Shown here: positions 18,686 to 28,793 of the stretch, one piece after another
Layout of the letters: each line of letters starts with the position of its first letter
How positions within the stretch are numbered: the first letter of the stretch is position 1
IMG/VR virus record: IMGVR_UViG_3300025466_000015
Direction: 5' to 3' (one strand)
DNA from: a virus
DNA: 64,000 nucleotides
The notes under the pieces: model-generated
Told to the model about the DNA's origin: nothing
Database searches by the model: none
The model's input: only the letters and a program-made list of their open reading frames with translations
Position numbers and translations under genes: made by a program

Positions 18686-20476
18686 ATGACAGAGAATTAT
18701 CTAGGTATTACCATAGATTATGAAAAAGATAAATTGTTTGATGAACTAGGAATAAAACGATTAAAAGAATCGTACATGAAAGATGATGAAACTTCTCCAC
18801 AACACAGATTTGCGTTCGTATCCTCCTCATTTGGATCTAATCCTGAACACTCTCAGCGCCTTTACGATTACGCCTCTAATCATTGGCTCAGTTTTAGTAC
18901 TCCAATTCTTAGCTTTGGTCGTTCTAAGCGTGGGTTACCTATTTCATGTTTTCTTAACTACATTGAAGATACTGCGGAGGGATTAGTTGATAACCTCTCA
19001 GAAACTAATTGGCTTTCTATGCTTGGCGGTGGTGTGGGTATTGGGTTTGGTATTCGTTCTGCCGATGATAAGTCTACTGGCATTATGCCTCATCTTAAAA
19101 TTTATGATGCTTCTTCTTTGGCCTATCGTCAGGGTCGGACTCGCCGTGGCTCTTATGCTGCCTATCTTGATATTAGCCATCCCGATATTATTCCTTTTTT
19201 AGAAATGAGAAAGCCGACAGGAGATCCTAATGTCAGATGCCTAAATCTACATCACGGCATTAATATCACCGATGACTTTATGACTATCATTGAGAAGTGT
19301 ATGTTGGATCCAGATTATGACGATTCTTGGAATTTAATTGATCCACATTCAAATGAAGTGAGAGAAACTGTGTCGGCCAAAATGTTATGGCAGATGATTC
19401 TAGAGCTTCGTATGCACACAGGTGAACCATACATTCACTATATTGATACAAGTAATAGAATGATGCCACAATGGTTAAAAGATAAAGGTTTGAAAATTAA
19501 CCAATCAAATCTTTGCTCTGAAATTATTTTACCTACTAATGAAGAACGTACTGCCGTATGTTGTTTATCTTCTTTGAACTTGGAGACTTATGATGAATGG
19601 AAAGATAACGAACTTTTTCTTCAGGACGTGGCTGAGATGCTCGATAACGTCCTTCAGTATTTCATTGATAATGCTCCTGATAGCATATCACGAGCAAAGT
19701 ATAGCGCCAGTCGTGAGCGCAGTATTGGTATTGGTGCACTTGGATTTCACGCTTATCTCCAGCGAAATGGAATTCCCTTTGAAGGAGTAATGGCGAAAGT
19801 AACAAACAATCAAATCTTTAATAATATAAGGACAAAATTAGATGAAGCGAATCTTCAACTCGGTACTGAGCGGGGTGAGGCCCCTGATGCTAGTGGCACT
19901 GGTAGACGTTTCAGTCATCTTATGGCTGTTGCTCCAAATGCTTCTTCGTCTATCATTATGGGAAATACTAGCCCTAGTATTGAGCCTTATCGTGCTAACG
20001 CATATCGTCAAGATACTCTATCGGGAAGCTACTTAAATAAGAATCGTTGGTTAGATAAAATCATTAAAGAGAAAGCAAAAGATGATAACGATTATAACGA
20101 TATTTGGTCTTCTATTATTGCTAACGATGGTAGTTGTCAACACTTGGATATTCTATCTGATTTGGAAAAAGGGATATTTAAAACATCAATGGAAATAGAC
20201 CAACGCTGGGTTATTGATTTAGCGGCAGATAGACAACAATATATTGACCAAGCACAATCATTGAATCTATTCTTTAGACCAGATGCTCATATCAAATACA
20301 TTCATGCTATTCATTTTATGGCATGGAAAAAAGGCGTTAAGACTCTATACTATTGCCGTTCAGAAAAGATTGGTAAGGCAGATAAAGTGTCCAAGAAAAT
20401 TGAAAGACAAGTTATCAAAGAATTGGACATGGTTGAGATTGCAGCCGGAAACGATTGTATTGCTTGTGAAGGTTAA
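18686..20476 (+). CDS. nrdA: Ribonucleotide reductase class I alpha subunit (short, no ATP cone)
   Basis: PISCF, QSNLCSEI, VAPNASSS, KTLYY, C-terminal CIACEG. Confidence 0.95.
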   Translation: MTENYLGITIDYEKDKLFDELGIKRLKESYMKDDETSPQHRFAFVSSSFGSNPEHSQRLYDYASNHWLSFSTPILSFGRSKRGLPISCFLNYIEDTAEGLVDNLSETNWLSMLGGGVGIGFGIRSADDKSTGIMPHLKIYDASSLAYRQGRTRRGSYAAYLDISHPDIIPFLEMRKPTGDPNVRCLNLHHGINITDDFMTIIEKCMLDPDYDDSWNLIDPHSNEVRETVSAKMLWQMILELRMHTGEPYIHYIDTSNRMMPQWLKDKGLKINQSNLCSEIILPTNEERTAVCCLSSLNLETYDEWKDNELFLQDVAEMLDNVLQYFIDNAPDSISRAKYSASRERSIGIGALGFHAYLQRNGIPFEGVMAKVTNNQIFNNIRTKLDEANLQLGTERGEAPDASGTGRRFSHLMAVAPNASSSIIMGNTSPSIEPYRANAYRQDTLSGSYLNKNRWLDKIIKEKAKDDNDYNDIWSSIIANDGSCQHLDILSDLEKGIFKTSMEIDQRWVIDLAADRQQYIDQAQSLNLFFRPDAHIKYIHAIHFMAWKKGVKTLYYCRSEKIGKADKVSKKIERQVIKELDMVEIAAGNDCIACEG

Positions 20477-20586
20477 ATGGAACAAAAGACTTGGTTAGAC
20501 AAATGGGAAAGAGTAATGGACAATATTCAGAGAGTACTCTGGGTATTGGTTCTTCTAATGTGGTTAGTCACGGAGTATAAATTCAA

Positions 20587-20976
20587 ATGAGAAAAGAAAT
20601 AAGATTAACTATTGAACCCGGTGGAAATATAGGTGAAGATTCTTACGTCTTGGATGTACATCGTGGAAAAGAAGAAAAAATAATATCTCGCATTGATAAA
20701 GAACATTCATTGGTTTTCACTGGTAAAAAATTTGATGTTTGTATTGAGTTTAATCTAAAAATAAAAATAAGATGGCCTAGAGCAAGACGACCATATATTA
20801 TTTTTATTGAAGGTGATAACAAAAAGAAAATTAAAATGCCTGTGAAGAAAAATGCTCATTACAAAGATAAAAATAACACCGAGTATTTAATTGTTCGTAG
20901 AACAGATACCGATTGTAAAGAATTTTTATTATTGGTAGCCGATGATAGATATAGTAGTAACTTAATAACACACTAA
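20587..20976 (+). CDS. Hypothetical protein
   Basis: 129 aa ORF filling the gap between nrdA and thioredoxin. Confidence 0.45.
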   Translation: MRKEIRLTIEPGGNIGEDSYVLDVHRGKEEKIISRIDKEHSLVFTGKKFDVCIEFNLKIKIRWPRARRPYIIFIEGDNKKKIKMPVKKNAHYKDKNNTEYLIVRRTDTDCKEFLLLVADDRYSSNLITH

Positions 20977-20986
20977 CGGAGAAAAT

Positions 20987-21232
20987 ATGAAAAGGGTAAT
21001 TAGATTTACAGCATCATGGTGTGGACCTTGTAAAGGTTTAGCAATGACATTAAACAACATTGAAACAAATATACCATTTGAAGTTATTGATATTGATGAG
21101 AAGTCTGATATAGCAAGAGACTTTGGCATTCGTTCTGTACCAACTCTTGTAATGTTGGATGAGAATACAGAAGTTAAAAGAGTATCGGGTGCATTACCAC
21201 AAGCAGAACTAGAGGCATGGTTGAATGATTAA
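20987..21232 (+). CDS. Thioredoxin
   Basis: FTASWCGPCK, IRSVPTL. Confidence 0.92.
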   Translation: MKRVIRFTASWCGPCKGLAMTLNNIETNIPFEVIDIDEKSDIARDFGIRSVPTLVMLDENTEVKRVSGALPQAELEAWLND

Positions 21233-22211
21233 GAAAAAAGATTTAAATCTTACAGAAGACAGAAGTTATTTCAAGCCTTTTAATTATCCATGGGCATATG
21301 AGGCTTGGTTGAAGCACGAGCAGTCACATTGGTTGCACACCGAAGTACCTATGATGGAGGACGTTAAAGATTGGAAAAAGAAGCTCACGAATGAAGAAAA
21401 GAAATTTCTCACACACATCTTCAGATTTTTCACTCAAGGAGATATTGATGTGGCCGGCGGGTACGTTAATAATTATCTTCCTTACTTCCCTCAGCCTGAG
21501 ATTCGTATGATGCTTCTTGGCTTTGCAGCCAGAGAAGCACTTCATGTGGCAGCTTATTCACATTTGATTGAAACACTTGGTCTTCCAGAAACAACATACA
21601 ATGAGTTTATGGAATATGCTGAGATGAAAGAAAAACATGATTATGTCATGGATATCTCCAACCAAAATACAACTAAAGAGAATACTGCAACCCACATCGC
21701 CGTGTTCAGTGCATTTACTGAAGGGATGCAGTTGTTCTCCTCTTTCATTATGTTGTTGAATTTCCTAAGACATGGTAAGATGAAAGGTATGGGTCAAATC
21801 GTTACATGGTCTATTGTTGATGAGACACAACACGCTGAGAATATGATTAAAATGTTTAGAACATTCATTGAAGAAAATCGTGAAATTTGGAATGATGAGT
21901 TAAAAGGTAAGATATATACAATTGCTGAGAAGATGGTAGAACTCGAAGATAAGTTTATTGATTTGGCCTTTAACATGGGTCCGATGGAAAACTTAACGGC
22001 TGAGGATGTTAAAAAGTATATTCGTTATATTTGTGACCGCCGATTGATTTCATTAGGACTCAAAGGTGTGTTTAAAGTGAAAAGGAATCCTTTGCCTTGG
22101 GTAGAGGAGATGATTAACGCACCAACACATACTAACTTCTTTGAGAATAGAGCAACAGACTATGCAAAAGGCGCTCTCTCAGGTGATTGGAAGGATGTTT
22201 GGGCCAATTAA
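21225..22211 (+). CDS. nrdB: Ribonucleotide reductase class I beta subunit
   Basis: FFTQGD, EALHVAAYS, TEGMQLFSSF, DETQH, NFFE. Confidence 0.95.
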   Translation: MIKKKDLNLTEDRSYFKPFNYPWAYEAWLKHEQSHWLHTEVPMMEDVKDWKKKLTNEEKKFLTHIFRFFTQGDIDVAGGYVNNYLPYFPQPEIRMMLLGFAAREALHVAAYSHLIETLGLPETTYNEFMEYAEMKEKHDYVMDISNQNTTKENTATHIAVFSAFTEGMQLFSSFIMLLNFLRHGKMKGMGQIVTWSIVDETQHAENMIKMFRTFIEENREIWNDELKGKIYTIAEKMVELEDKFIDLAFNMGPMENLTAEDVKKYIRYICDRRLISLGLKGVFKVKRNPLPWVEEMINAPTHTNFFENRATDYAKGALSGDWKDVWAN

Positions 22212-22220
22212 GGAACGACA

Positions 22221-22409
22221 ATGACAAACAAAACAATTATGGCTGAATGTGAAAGCTGTGAATCAACATATGAAGTATCTTACATGGAAGAATTAGTATC
22301 AGAAGACTTACCAGAGAGATGTCCATTTTGCGGTGAACCCATCCAAGAATTATCTGAAGACTATATAGAGGACGATGATGATTCTGAAGATGAGGACGAA
22401 TGGGAATAA
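22221..22409 (+). CDS. Small zinc-ribbon protein with acidic tail
   Basis: CESC...CPFCG. Confidence 0.65.
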   Translation: MTNKTIMAECESCESTYEVSYMEELVSEDLPERCPFCGEPIQELSEDYIEDDDDSEDEDEWE

Positions 22410-22813
22410 ACTGGACATATAATGATACTGATTTTACCGAAGAAATGATTGGTGACAATTATGGATTCGTATATTGTATAACAAATCTTACCAATGGTAA
22501 AAAATACATCGGTAAGAAATTTTTTTATTCCAGCAAGACAAAACAAGTCAAAGGCAAGAAGAAAAAATTCAAGGTTTCTAGTGATTGGCAAACTTACTAC
22601 GGATCCAACACAGAATTGAAAAATGATGTTATAATGCACGGAGAAGAAATGTTCAGTAGAGAAATCCTACACCTTTGTAAAACCAAGGGTGAATGTGGTT
22701 ATCTGGAAGCTAAGGAACAATTTGTCCGTGATGCATTAATTGGTGAAGAATATTACAATTCATGGATTATGGTTAGAGTTAGAAAATCACACATAAAAGG
22801 TTTAGAATGTTAG
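22400..22813 (+). CDS. GIY-YIG-like protein
   Basis: YGFVYCITNLTNGKKYIGKK, YYGS, YYN. Confidence 0.75.
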   Translation: MGINWTYNDTDFTEEMIGDNYGFVYCITNLTNGKKYIGKKFFYSSKTKQVKGKKKKFKVSSDWQTYYGSNTELKNDVIMHGEEMFSREILHLCKTKGECGYLEAKEQFVRDALIGEEYYNSWIMVRVRKSHIKGLEC

Positions 22814-23148
22814 ATTTGATGAAACAATTTGATGCTGATTATGACGCATTATTTTTCATGCCCCATGATGAAGATGAAAACAAAGTTGAAATCCATGCCA
22901 GAAATTTTGTTGATAAAGGAGAACCTATAGGAGGCAATCTTATTGGTCCTGCTTGGCATGTGGTATTGTTTAAGGTTAATGAAGAAGGAATGGCCAAGGA
23001 TGTTGATACATTTGATGCCATATTTGCCGAACCTAGGGAATATGTTTCGGAATTAATACCACTTAATTTTTTTGGAGTGGTAGCAAGAAAAACAACAACC
23101 TCAAAAATTTTCCTAGAAGATTTCGTTGACAAACTCAAAGGTAACTGA
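22807..23148 (+). CDS. Hypothetical protein
   Basis: ORF overlapping the upstream stop. Confidence 0.5.
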   Translation: MLDLMKQFDADYDALFFMPHDEDENKVEIHARNFVDKGEPIGGNLIGPAWHVVLFKVNEEGMAKDVDTFDAIFAEPREYVSELIPLNFFGVVARKTTTSKIFLEDFVDKLKGN

Positions 23149-23154
23149 TATAAT
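23126..23154 (+). promoter_or_regulatory. sigma70-type promoter
   Basis: TTGACA-17 nt-TATAAT upstream of rnh. Confidence 0.75.
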
Positions 23155-23180
23155 ACAGTTTTGAAACTTGAAAGTTTATT

Positions 23181-24050
23181 ATGATACTCGTTGATTTGAA
23201 TCAGGTTCTATTGTCTGGCCTGATGGCTCAAATTTCAAACCAAAAAGGTAAGAAACTTGAAGAAGATTTAATTAGACACATGGTGTTAAACATCATTAGG
23301 AACCACCTAAGAAGTTTCCGTAAAGATTATGGTGAAGTGGTTTTATGTTCTGACAACCGTAAATACTGGCGCAAGGAGTTCTTTCCTTTCTACAAAGCTG
23401 GTCGTAAGAAAACCCGTGAAAAATCCGATTTGGATTGGCACTTTATCTTTGATATGTTGGCCAAATTTAAGGTTGAGCTCAAAGAAAATTTCCCATACAA
23501 AGTATTGGATGTCGAAGGCGCTGAAGCTGATGATATTATCGGTGTATTAGCACCAATAGCAGTTAAGAATGAAAATGTTCTGATTATTTCGAGTGATGGT
23601 GACTTTCTACAATTGCAAATGTACAACAATGAATTTAATAATCCACACTCAATTAAACAATACAATCCTGCATTGAAGAAATTTCTTGTTTCTGCCAAAC
23701 CATTGGATGAATTAAAAGAGAAGATTATCAAAGGTGATAAAGGTGATGGTATCCCTAATGTATTATCACCGTCGGATTGTTTTGTCCGTGACCTAAGACA
23801 AACACCTGTCACTAAAGGTAAACTGGACAAAATGATGGCCGAAGAATATTTGGACTGGACTGATGATGTAGCCAAAACTGGTTTCTCCCGTAATCAAGTA
23901 TTGATTGACTTGAGAAATATCCCTGATGATATTAAGACCAAAATCCTAAATAGTTATGAAGAAACTGTGCCTGCTTCTAAAGGTAAAATATTAGATTATT
24001 TTATTGCTAATAAACTGAAAAATTTAATGGACGTAATTGAGGAATTTTAA
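23181..24050 (+). CDS. rnh: T4-type RNase H / 5'-3' exonuclease
   Basis: MILVDLNQ, YWRK, EADDIIG, SSDGDFLQL, GDKGDGIPN. Confidence 0.92.
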   Translation: MILVDLNQVLLSGLMAQISNQKGKKLEEDLIRHMVLNIIRNHLRSFRKDYGEVVLCSDNRKYWRKEFFPFYKAGRKKTREKSDLDWHFIFDMLAKFKVELKENFPYKVLDVEGAEADDIIGVLAPIAVKNENVLIISSDGDFLQLQMYNNEFNNPHSIKQYNPALKKFLVSAKPLDELKEKIIKGDKGDGIPNVLSPSDCFVRDLRQTPVTKGKLDKMMAEEYLDWTDDVAKTGFSRNQVLIDLRNIPDDIKTKILNSYEETVPASKGKILDYFIANKLKNLMDVIEEF

Positions 24051-24475
24051 TGAAAACTATACACGAAGTATTTGATGAATTTGAAGAAGCTAAAAATAAA
24101 AAAGAACGAATGGCGGTTATAGAGAAAAATCTATCACCAACACTCGTAAAGGTTTTAGAACTAGCTTTTAATCCTAACTACAAATGGAAAATTACAGAGT
24201 TGCCAGATTCTTATAAAATTCCAAATGACGTTTTACCTGGAATTACGTTTGATGGATTACCTTCTCAATTAAGACGCATGTATATATTTCAAGAAGGTAA
24301 TACAACGGCAGAATCATTAACACCTAAAAGACGAGAAGAATTACTTTTGCAAATGTTGGAATCTATTGAACCAAGAGAAGCAGAAATTATCATCGGTATT
24401 TTATCTAAGGACTTAGGTGTTAAAGGCCTAGATTATAAATTTGTTAAAGAAGCATTTCCACAATTATTACCCTAA
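24050..24475 (+). CDS. Conserved T4-like hypothetical protein
   Basis: RREELLLQMLESIEPREAEII...VKEAFP; follows rnh. Confidence 0.6.
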   Translation: MKTIHEVFDEFEEAKNKKERMAVIEKNLSPTLVKVLELAFNPNYKWKITELPDSYKIPNDVLPGITFDGLPSQLRRMYIFQEGNTTAESLTPKRREELLLQMLESIEPREAEIIIGILSKDLGVKGLDYKFVKEAFPQLLP

Positions 24476-24484
24476 GGAGAGAAA

Positions 24485-24664
24485 GTGTCGAAGTTTGTAG
24501 CTAAGTTCCGTAAGAATGACTATAATGATGATTATAGTTTTGGAACAAAAAAGAAACGCAGTAAATCAAATAAAGTGGTTAGAAAATCCAATACTCAATA
24601 TGAGGATTATTCGGATTTTTACAATATGGGACAAGGTAAACGCAAAGAAAAAAGAATGTCGTAA
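24485..24664 (+). CDS. Small basic hypothetical protein (59 aa)
   Basis: AAGGAG RBS and GTG start; MSKFVAKFRK... Confidence 0.5.
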   Translation: MSKFVAKFRKNDYNDDYSFGTKKKRSKSNKVVRKSNTQYEDYSDFYNMGQGKRKEKRMS

Positions 24665-24680
24665 AAAAACAACATTCTGT

Positions 24681-24709
24681 TTGACAATCCTCAATCGGTA
24701 GTATATAAT
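24681..24709 (+). promoter_or_regulatory. sigma70-type promoter
   Basis: TTGACA-17 nt-TATAAT, preceded by TGTCG-N8-CAACA. Confidence 0.75.
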
Positions 24710-24734
24710 AGAGACTGTTTGGAGGAAATTTATT

Positions 24735-25064
24735 ATGATTTATGTAAGAATCCCAAAATCTAAGCCTAAGCTAAAACCTAAAGCTGAGCGTGAACAATAC
24801 GCCGAATGGTTGAAAAGCCATGAGCCAAAAAAACCTGTGGTCTTTCCTAAAAAAGAACCTTTGCAATATAAATTGACCACGCCAGCTGGCCGTGAAACTA
24901 GGCACATTCCTTCATTAAATACTGGAGCTGGCGTTGCAACAAAGTCACCAGCTAAGGTTTATACTGGCGATAAAATGTTAGGAATTGCAACCTTACACAA
25001 ATCCAATGCTGTTCCTGTATTCAACAATCAGGATGCGGTAGATATTTCAAAAATGAGGCGTTAA
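24735..25064 (+). CDS. Conserved T4-like hypothetical protein
   Basis: YTGDKMLGIATLHKSNAVPVF; GGAGG RBS. Confidence 0.65.
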   Translation: MIYVRIPKSKPKLKPKAEREQYAEWLKSHEPKKPVVFPKKEPLQYKLTTPAGRETRHIPSLNTGAGVATKSPAKVYTGDKMLGIATLHKSNAVPVFNNQDAVDISKMRR

Positions 25065-25065
25065 A

Positions 25066-25236
25066 ATGAACAAGAAAATGAGTTTTGTAGTAAAATTACA
25101 AAAACCGGTGTGTCGTACACCAATCAAACCTGTGCAAAAGCACAAAACTGTCGCAAATTTTAGTCGAAAAGCTAAGCATAAAGCAAATTTGACGCAATTT
25201 TTTAATGAGGATCGCTCAAATGTCGCAAATTTCTAA
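25066..25236 (+). CDS. Small basic protein with ArfA-like RKxKH motif (56 aa)
   Basis: GAGG RBS; ...HKTVANFSRKAKHK... Confidence 0.45.
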   Translation: MNKKMSFVVKLQKPVCRTPIKPVQKHKTVANFSRKAKHKANLTQFFNEDRSNVANF

Positions 25237-25358
25237 TTTAGATGAAGAAAAAACCAAGGATTTAGACTTTTCCGAGGTAGAATTGGCAGTCCGAAGATGG
25301 GCTGCTCAAACCGGACATGATAATGACCAAGAATTTTATAAAAATTTAAAGGAACAAC

Positions 25359-25550
25359 ATGAGTAAGAGCAAAATGTACTCTTATGAAGAAATTTTTGAA
25401 AAAATTCCTGAGGATCCTGATAATATCTTGTTAAAATTTCCTATAGAAATCCTAGAAGAAGCTGGTTGGGATGTAGGTACAATCCTAAACATTACCGTTG
25501 AAGATACAGGATCCGGTAACGTATTGATTATAACACCTGTTGCTCCATAG
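25359..25550 (+). CDS. AbrB/MazE/SpoVT-like small DNA-binding protein
   Basis: LKFPIEILEEAGWDVGTILNITVE...LIITP swapped-hairpin pattern. Confidence 0.6.
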   Translation: MSKSKMYSYEEIFEKIPEDPDNILLKFPIEILEEAGWDVGTILNITVEDTGSGNVLIITPVAP

Positions 25551-25616
25551 TAACATTGTTATTGTTAGAATGTAAAAAGTATGTTATAATAGATACTATC
25601 AACACAAGGAGATTTT

Positions 25617-27719
25617 ATGGTTGCTAGTGAGTCTTTATCAGTATCAAAATCGTTGTTAGCCAAATTGATGGCCACAGAAAATTTAATCGTTGAAGAAAAA
25701 AATGTTCAAACGGCTTCATTTGATGTTAAAAAACGTATTTTGACAATCCCAATTTTAAACAAAGAATTGTCACCTCAACTTTATGACCTATTTACAGGAC
25801 ATGAAGTTGGCCATGCTCTCTGGACTCCAGAAGAAGGCATTAAAAAAGGCATTGATTTAAAAATTCCTGCTCAAGTGCTTAATTTGGTTGAAGATTCACG
25901 CATCGAGCGTAAGATTAAAAACAAATATCCAGGTCTCCGTAAATCATTCATTCAAGGTTACAATGAATTGATGGAACGTAATTTCTTTGGCATCAAAGAT
26001 ACTGAATACAATCAATTAAATTTGATGGATCGTATCAACATGCATTGCAAAGGCGGCGCTGGCCTTAACATTTCTTTTAATGAAGAAGAATCTTCCATAG
26101 TTAAAAAAATTGAAAATACAGAAACCTATGATGATGTTATCCGAGTTTCATTAGAGCTTTACGAATATTGTAAACAGCAAAATGAAAAAAGGAAAGCACA
26201 AAAAGATTCCGATCCGGATCAAGATGATGACTTTGAATATGATTTTGATGACAATGATGATCCAGAAGGCGAGGAGTTGGAAGCTTCTGATGTAAAAGAT
26301 CCAAATCAAGAAGATGGTGACCATGATGGTGATGAAGGTGATGAAGGTGAATCAAATTCTAAAATTGAAAGACCTACAAGTGGTCCTGAAGCTGATGACT
26401 TCCGTTCATTTACTGATGAAGCGTATCGCCAAAATGAAAAGAAGTTATTCAGTAACAGTAGTACAAATTATGTGTATTGTAACATTCCAAAAGTTGATAC
26501 AAAAGAAGCTATCATGGGTTACAAAGAATTGTACAAGAAATACAAACAAGAATGTATTGATAACCGTTATGATGGAGTTAAAAGTTTCCATGATCCAAAA
26601 TTTGATGAATACCAAAAGCTAAAACACGATACAAATAAAATTGTATCCTATTTGGTCAAAGAGTTTGAAATGCGTAAGAATGCTGACCAACTCAAACGTG
26701 CTTCTGTTGCCAAAACAGGAGAACTTAACATGAGTAAAATCTATTCTTATGGATTTAGTGAGGACATCTTCAAGAAAATCTCCGTAGTTCCTGGTGGTAA
26801 ATCCCACGGCTTGGTCATGTTCATTGATTGGTCTGGTTCAATGAACAATCACCTATACAATACAGTTAAACAATTATTGTCATTGGTGATGTTTTGTAAG
26901 AAAGTAAATATTCCTTATGATGTGTATGCTTTCTCAAATAATGATTATAATTCACTCTATCAAATTGAACGAAAAGTTGGTGATTTAAGATTACACAATT
27001 TCAAACTGTTTAATTTGTTGTCTAGTAAAATGTCAGCTGCTGAATTTACATATGCTGCCGCTGTTATAACTACAATTGCAAGTGATGAAAGATATGCTCC
27101 TACTTGGTTACGTCTTTCTGGTACTCCTTTGAATGAAGCTGTTGTTGCTTCTATGGAAATTGTTCCACAGTTTCAAAAAGACCACAAACTACAAATCGTC
27201 AATACAGTATTTTTGACTGATGGTGATGGTCACCAATTGAGAGAAGTGATTACTGAAGATAATAATGGTGGCCACTATATTTCTGGTTATGATGTTATGG
27301 TTCTCCGTGATGAGAAAACAAAACAACAAGAAATTGTTGAAAATCAAGGTTTTAGTGGTGCAGAACAAACCAAAGCTCTTGTTAAATTGTTAAAAGAGAG
27401 AACCGGTTCTAATGTGATCGGATTCTATGTCCTGTTTCCTAGAGAGTTTGGATCAACATACAAATTCTTTCCAAAAGGTGCCGACATGTATTCACTCAAA
27501 GACACATTCAAGAAAGAAAAGTTTGTTGTTGTAAAGAACTCGGGTTTCTCCGAATACTACCTTATCAAATCTGAAACCAAAGATGAAGATGAAGAAACAG
27601 GATTTACTGTTAGAGAAAATGCAACAACTAAAGGCCTTGTAAGTGCTTTCACTAAGTATACAAATGGTCGTGTTACGAACCGTGTATTATTAAATAGATT
27701 TATTGGACTAATTGCTTAA
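25617..27719 (+). CDS. HEXXH metallopeptidase-like plus VWA domain protein (CobT-like)
   Basis: HEVGH, NLVEDSRIE, acidic linker, MIDAS DWSGS, GTPLNE, LTDGD. Confidence 0.85.
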   Translation: MVASESLSVSKSLLAKLMATENLIVEEKNVQTASFDVKKRILTIPILNKELSPQLYDLFTGHEVGHALWTPEEGIKKGIDLKIPAQVLNLVEDSRIERKIKNKYPGLRKSFIQGYNELMERNFFGIKDTEYNQLNLMDRINMHCKGGAGLNISFNEEESSIVKKIENTETYDDVIRVSLELYEYCKQQNEKRKAQKDSDPDQDDDFEYDFDDNDDPEGEELEASDVKDPNQEDGDHDGDEGDEGESNSKIERPTSGPEADDFRSFTDEAYRQNEKKLFSNSSTNYVYCNIPKVDTKEAIMGYKELYKKYKQECIDNRYDGVKSFHDPKFDEYQKLKHDTNKIVSYLVKEFEMRKNADQLKRASVAKTGELNMSKIYSYGFSEDIFKKISVVPGGKSHGLVMFIDWSGSMNNHLYNTVKQLLSLVMFCKKVNIPYDVYAFSNNDYNSLYQIERKVGDLRLHNFKLFNLLSSKMSAAEFTYAAAVITTIASDERYAPTWLRLSGTPLNEAVVASMEIVPQFQKDHKLQIVNTVFLTDGDGHQLREVITEDNNGGHYISGYDVMVLRDEKTKQQEIVENQGFSGAEQTKALVKLLKERTGSNVIGFYVLFPREFGSTYKFFPKGADMYSLKDTFKKEKFVVVKNSGFSEYYLIKSETKDEDEETGFTVRENATTKGLVSAFTKYTNGRVTNRVLLNRFIGLIA

Positions 27720-27726
27720 AGGAGAT

Positions 27727-27921
27727 ATGATGGAAGTTATGGCATTGAGATATGGAAACAAATCGGTTTCCATAAAACAAAATAGTGATGTTTATTCTGT
27801 TGAGATGTTTGAGAATTCTAGGTTAATTGGAACTCTTAGAACAATCAAATTGGAAGAAGCAAGAGAAGTTGCTGAAGAATATGTATCAGACGGATCTAAA
27901 CCACAATTTTTGAGTGAATGA
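27727..27921 (+). CDS. Hypothetical protein
   Basis: AAGGAG RBS. Confidence 0.5.
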   Translation: MMEVMALRYGNKSVSIKQNSDVYSVEMFENSRLIGTLRTIKLEEAREVAEEYVSDGSKPQFLSE

Positions 27922-27924
27922 TTT

Positions 27925-28197
27925 ATGGACTATGAGATGAAAGAAATCCTGTGTATTACTCAGGAAGAATGTGCTGAGGTATCACAGGCTATTTCAAAGA
28001 TTTTTAGATTTGGTCCTGACCAAATGAAATACCAAGAGAACAGGACCAATCGTGAGCACTTAGAGGAAGAAATTGGTGACCTTCTCTGTATGATTGACAT
28101 ACTCATAGAGAAAACTCACCTATCAGATTCTTCTGTTAATCAAGCAAGAAAGAATAAACGAGACAAACTGAGACAATGGTCCAGTATTGCAGTTTAA
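27925..28197 (+). CDS. MazG-like NTP pyrophosphohydrolase
   Basis: QEECAEV...LEEEIGDLL. Confidence 0.75.
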   Translation: MDYEMKEILCITQEECAEVSQAISKIFRFGPDQMKYQENRTNREHLEEEIGDLLCMIDILIEKTHLSDSSVNQARKNKRDKLRQWSSIAV

Positions 28198-28361
28198 CAA
28201 GCACCGAATTGGCGTCTACGATTAAACATCGTAATAAGTTGTTCAACTTCTTGTGGTGATTTTGGATTTTTTGCATTGAGATACATTTCCAATTCTGATT
28301 GATACATAGATTGTTTAGTATTAAGAATTGTAGTGAAAAAACGGCCGATAGCGGATAACAT
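28194..28361 (-). CDS. Small counter-oriented protein (55 aa), DUF3563-like
   Basis: AAGGAG RBS on minus strand; MLSAIGRFF...SELEMYLNAKNPKSPQEVEQLI. Confidence 0.55.
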   Translation of the reverse strand: MLSAIGRFFTTILNTKQSMYQSELEMYLNAKNPKSPQEVEQLITMFNRRRQFGAC

Positions 28362-28573
28362 GGAAACTCCTTGTGAGATGTTGTAATAAATGGGTAGAAA
28401 CTATATTAGTGTTTCTACTAATAGTATATAGGAAGCAGATAAATTGAATAACGAGGAAGCGTTGAAACTTTACGAAAAAATGTCGGAAATATATGGTGAG
28501 CACTTACCTCACCCTATACACGAGCCTATTCGTTTCGCCTATTATGTAAGGATTTTTACGAGGTATCATAAGG

Positions 28574-28759
28574 ATGAATCCAACACAAAAGAGAATGTCT
28601 GAAATGATGGAACTGATTGACGATTCAATCATGTTAACAAACGATCCAAAAGAGATGTTGATGTTGGCTTGTGCCATGCTACAGAGGTCCACAGAAATCA
28701 TGGATTCTACAATTGGTAAACATGCAAGAAAAATTATGTTTTCTGAACTGGCCGAGTGA
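28574..28759 (+). CDS. Hypothetical protein
   Basis: ORF in the early cluster. Confidence 0.5.
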   Translation: MNPTQKRMSEMMELIDDSIMLTNDPKEMLMLACAMLQRSTEIMDSTIGKHARKIMFSELAE

Positions 28760-28793
28760 TTTTGTGTTATAATGTTATTTTGAGGAGTATATT

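Noticed and set aside
17973-22211. Introns or inteins in thyX, nrdA or nrdB
   Set aside because: All three ORFs are continuous and of normal or short length
22400-22813. Active homing endonuclease
   Set aside because: Only 137 aa with no DNA-binding extension; more likely a conserved stand-alone GIY-YIG-like gene
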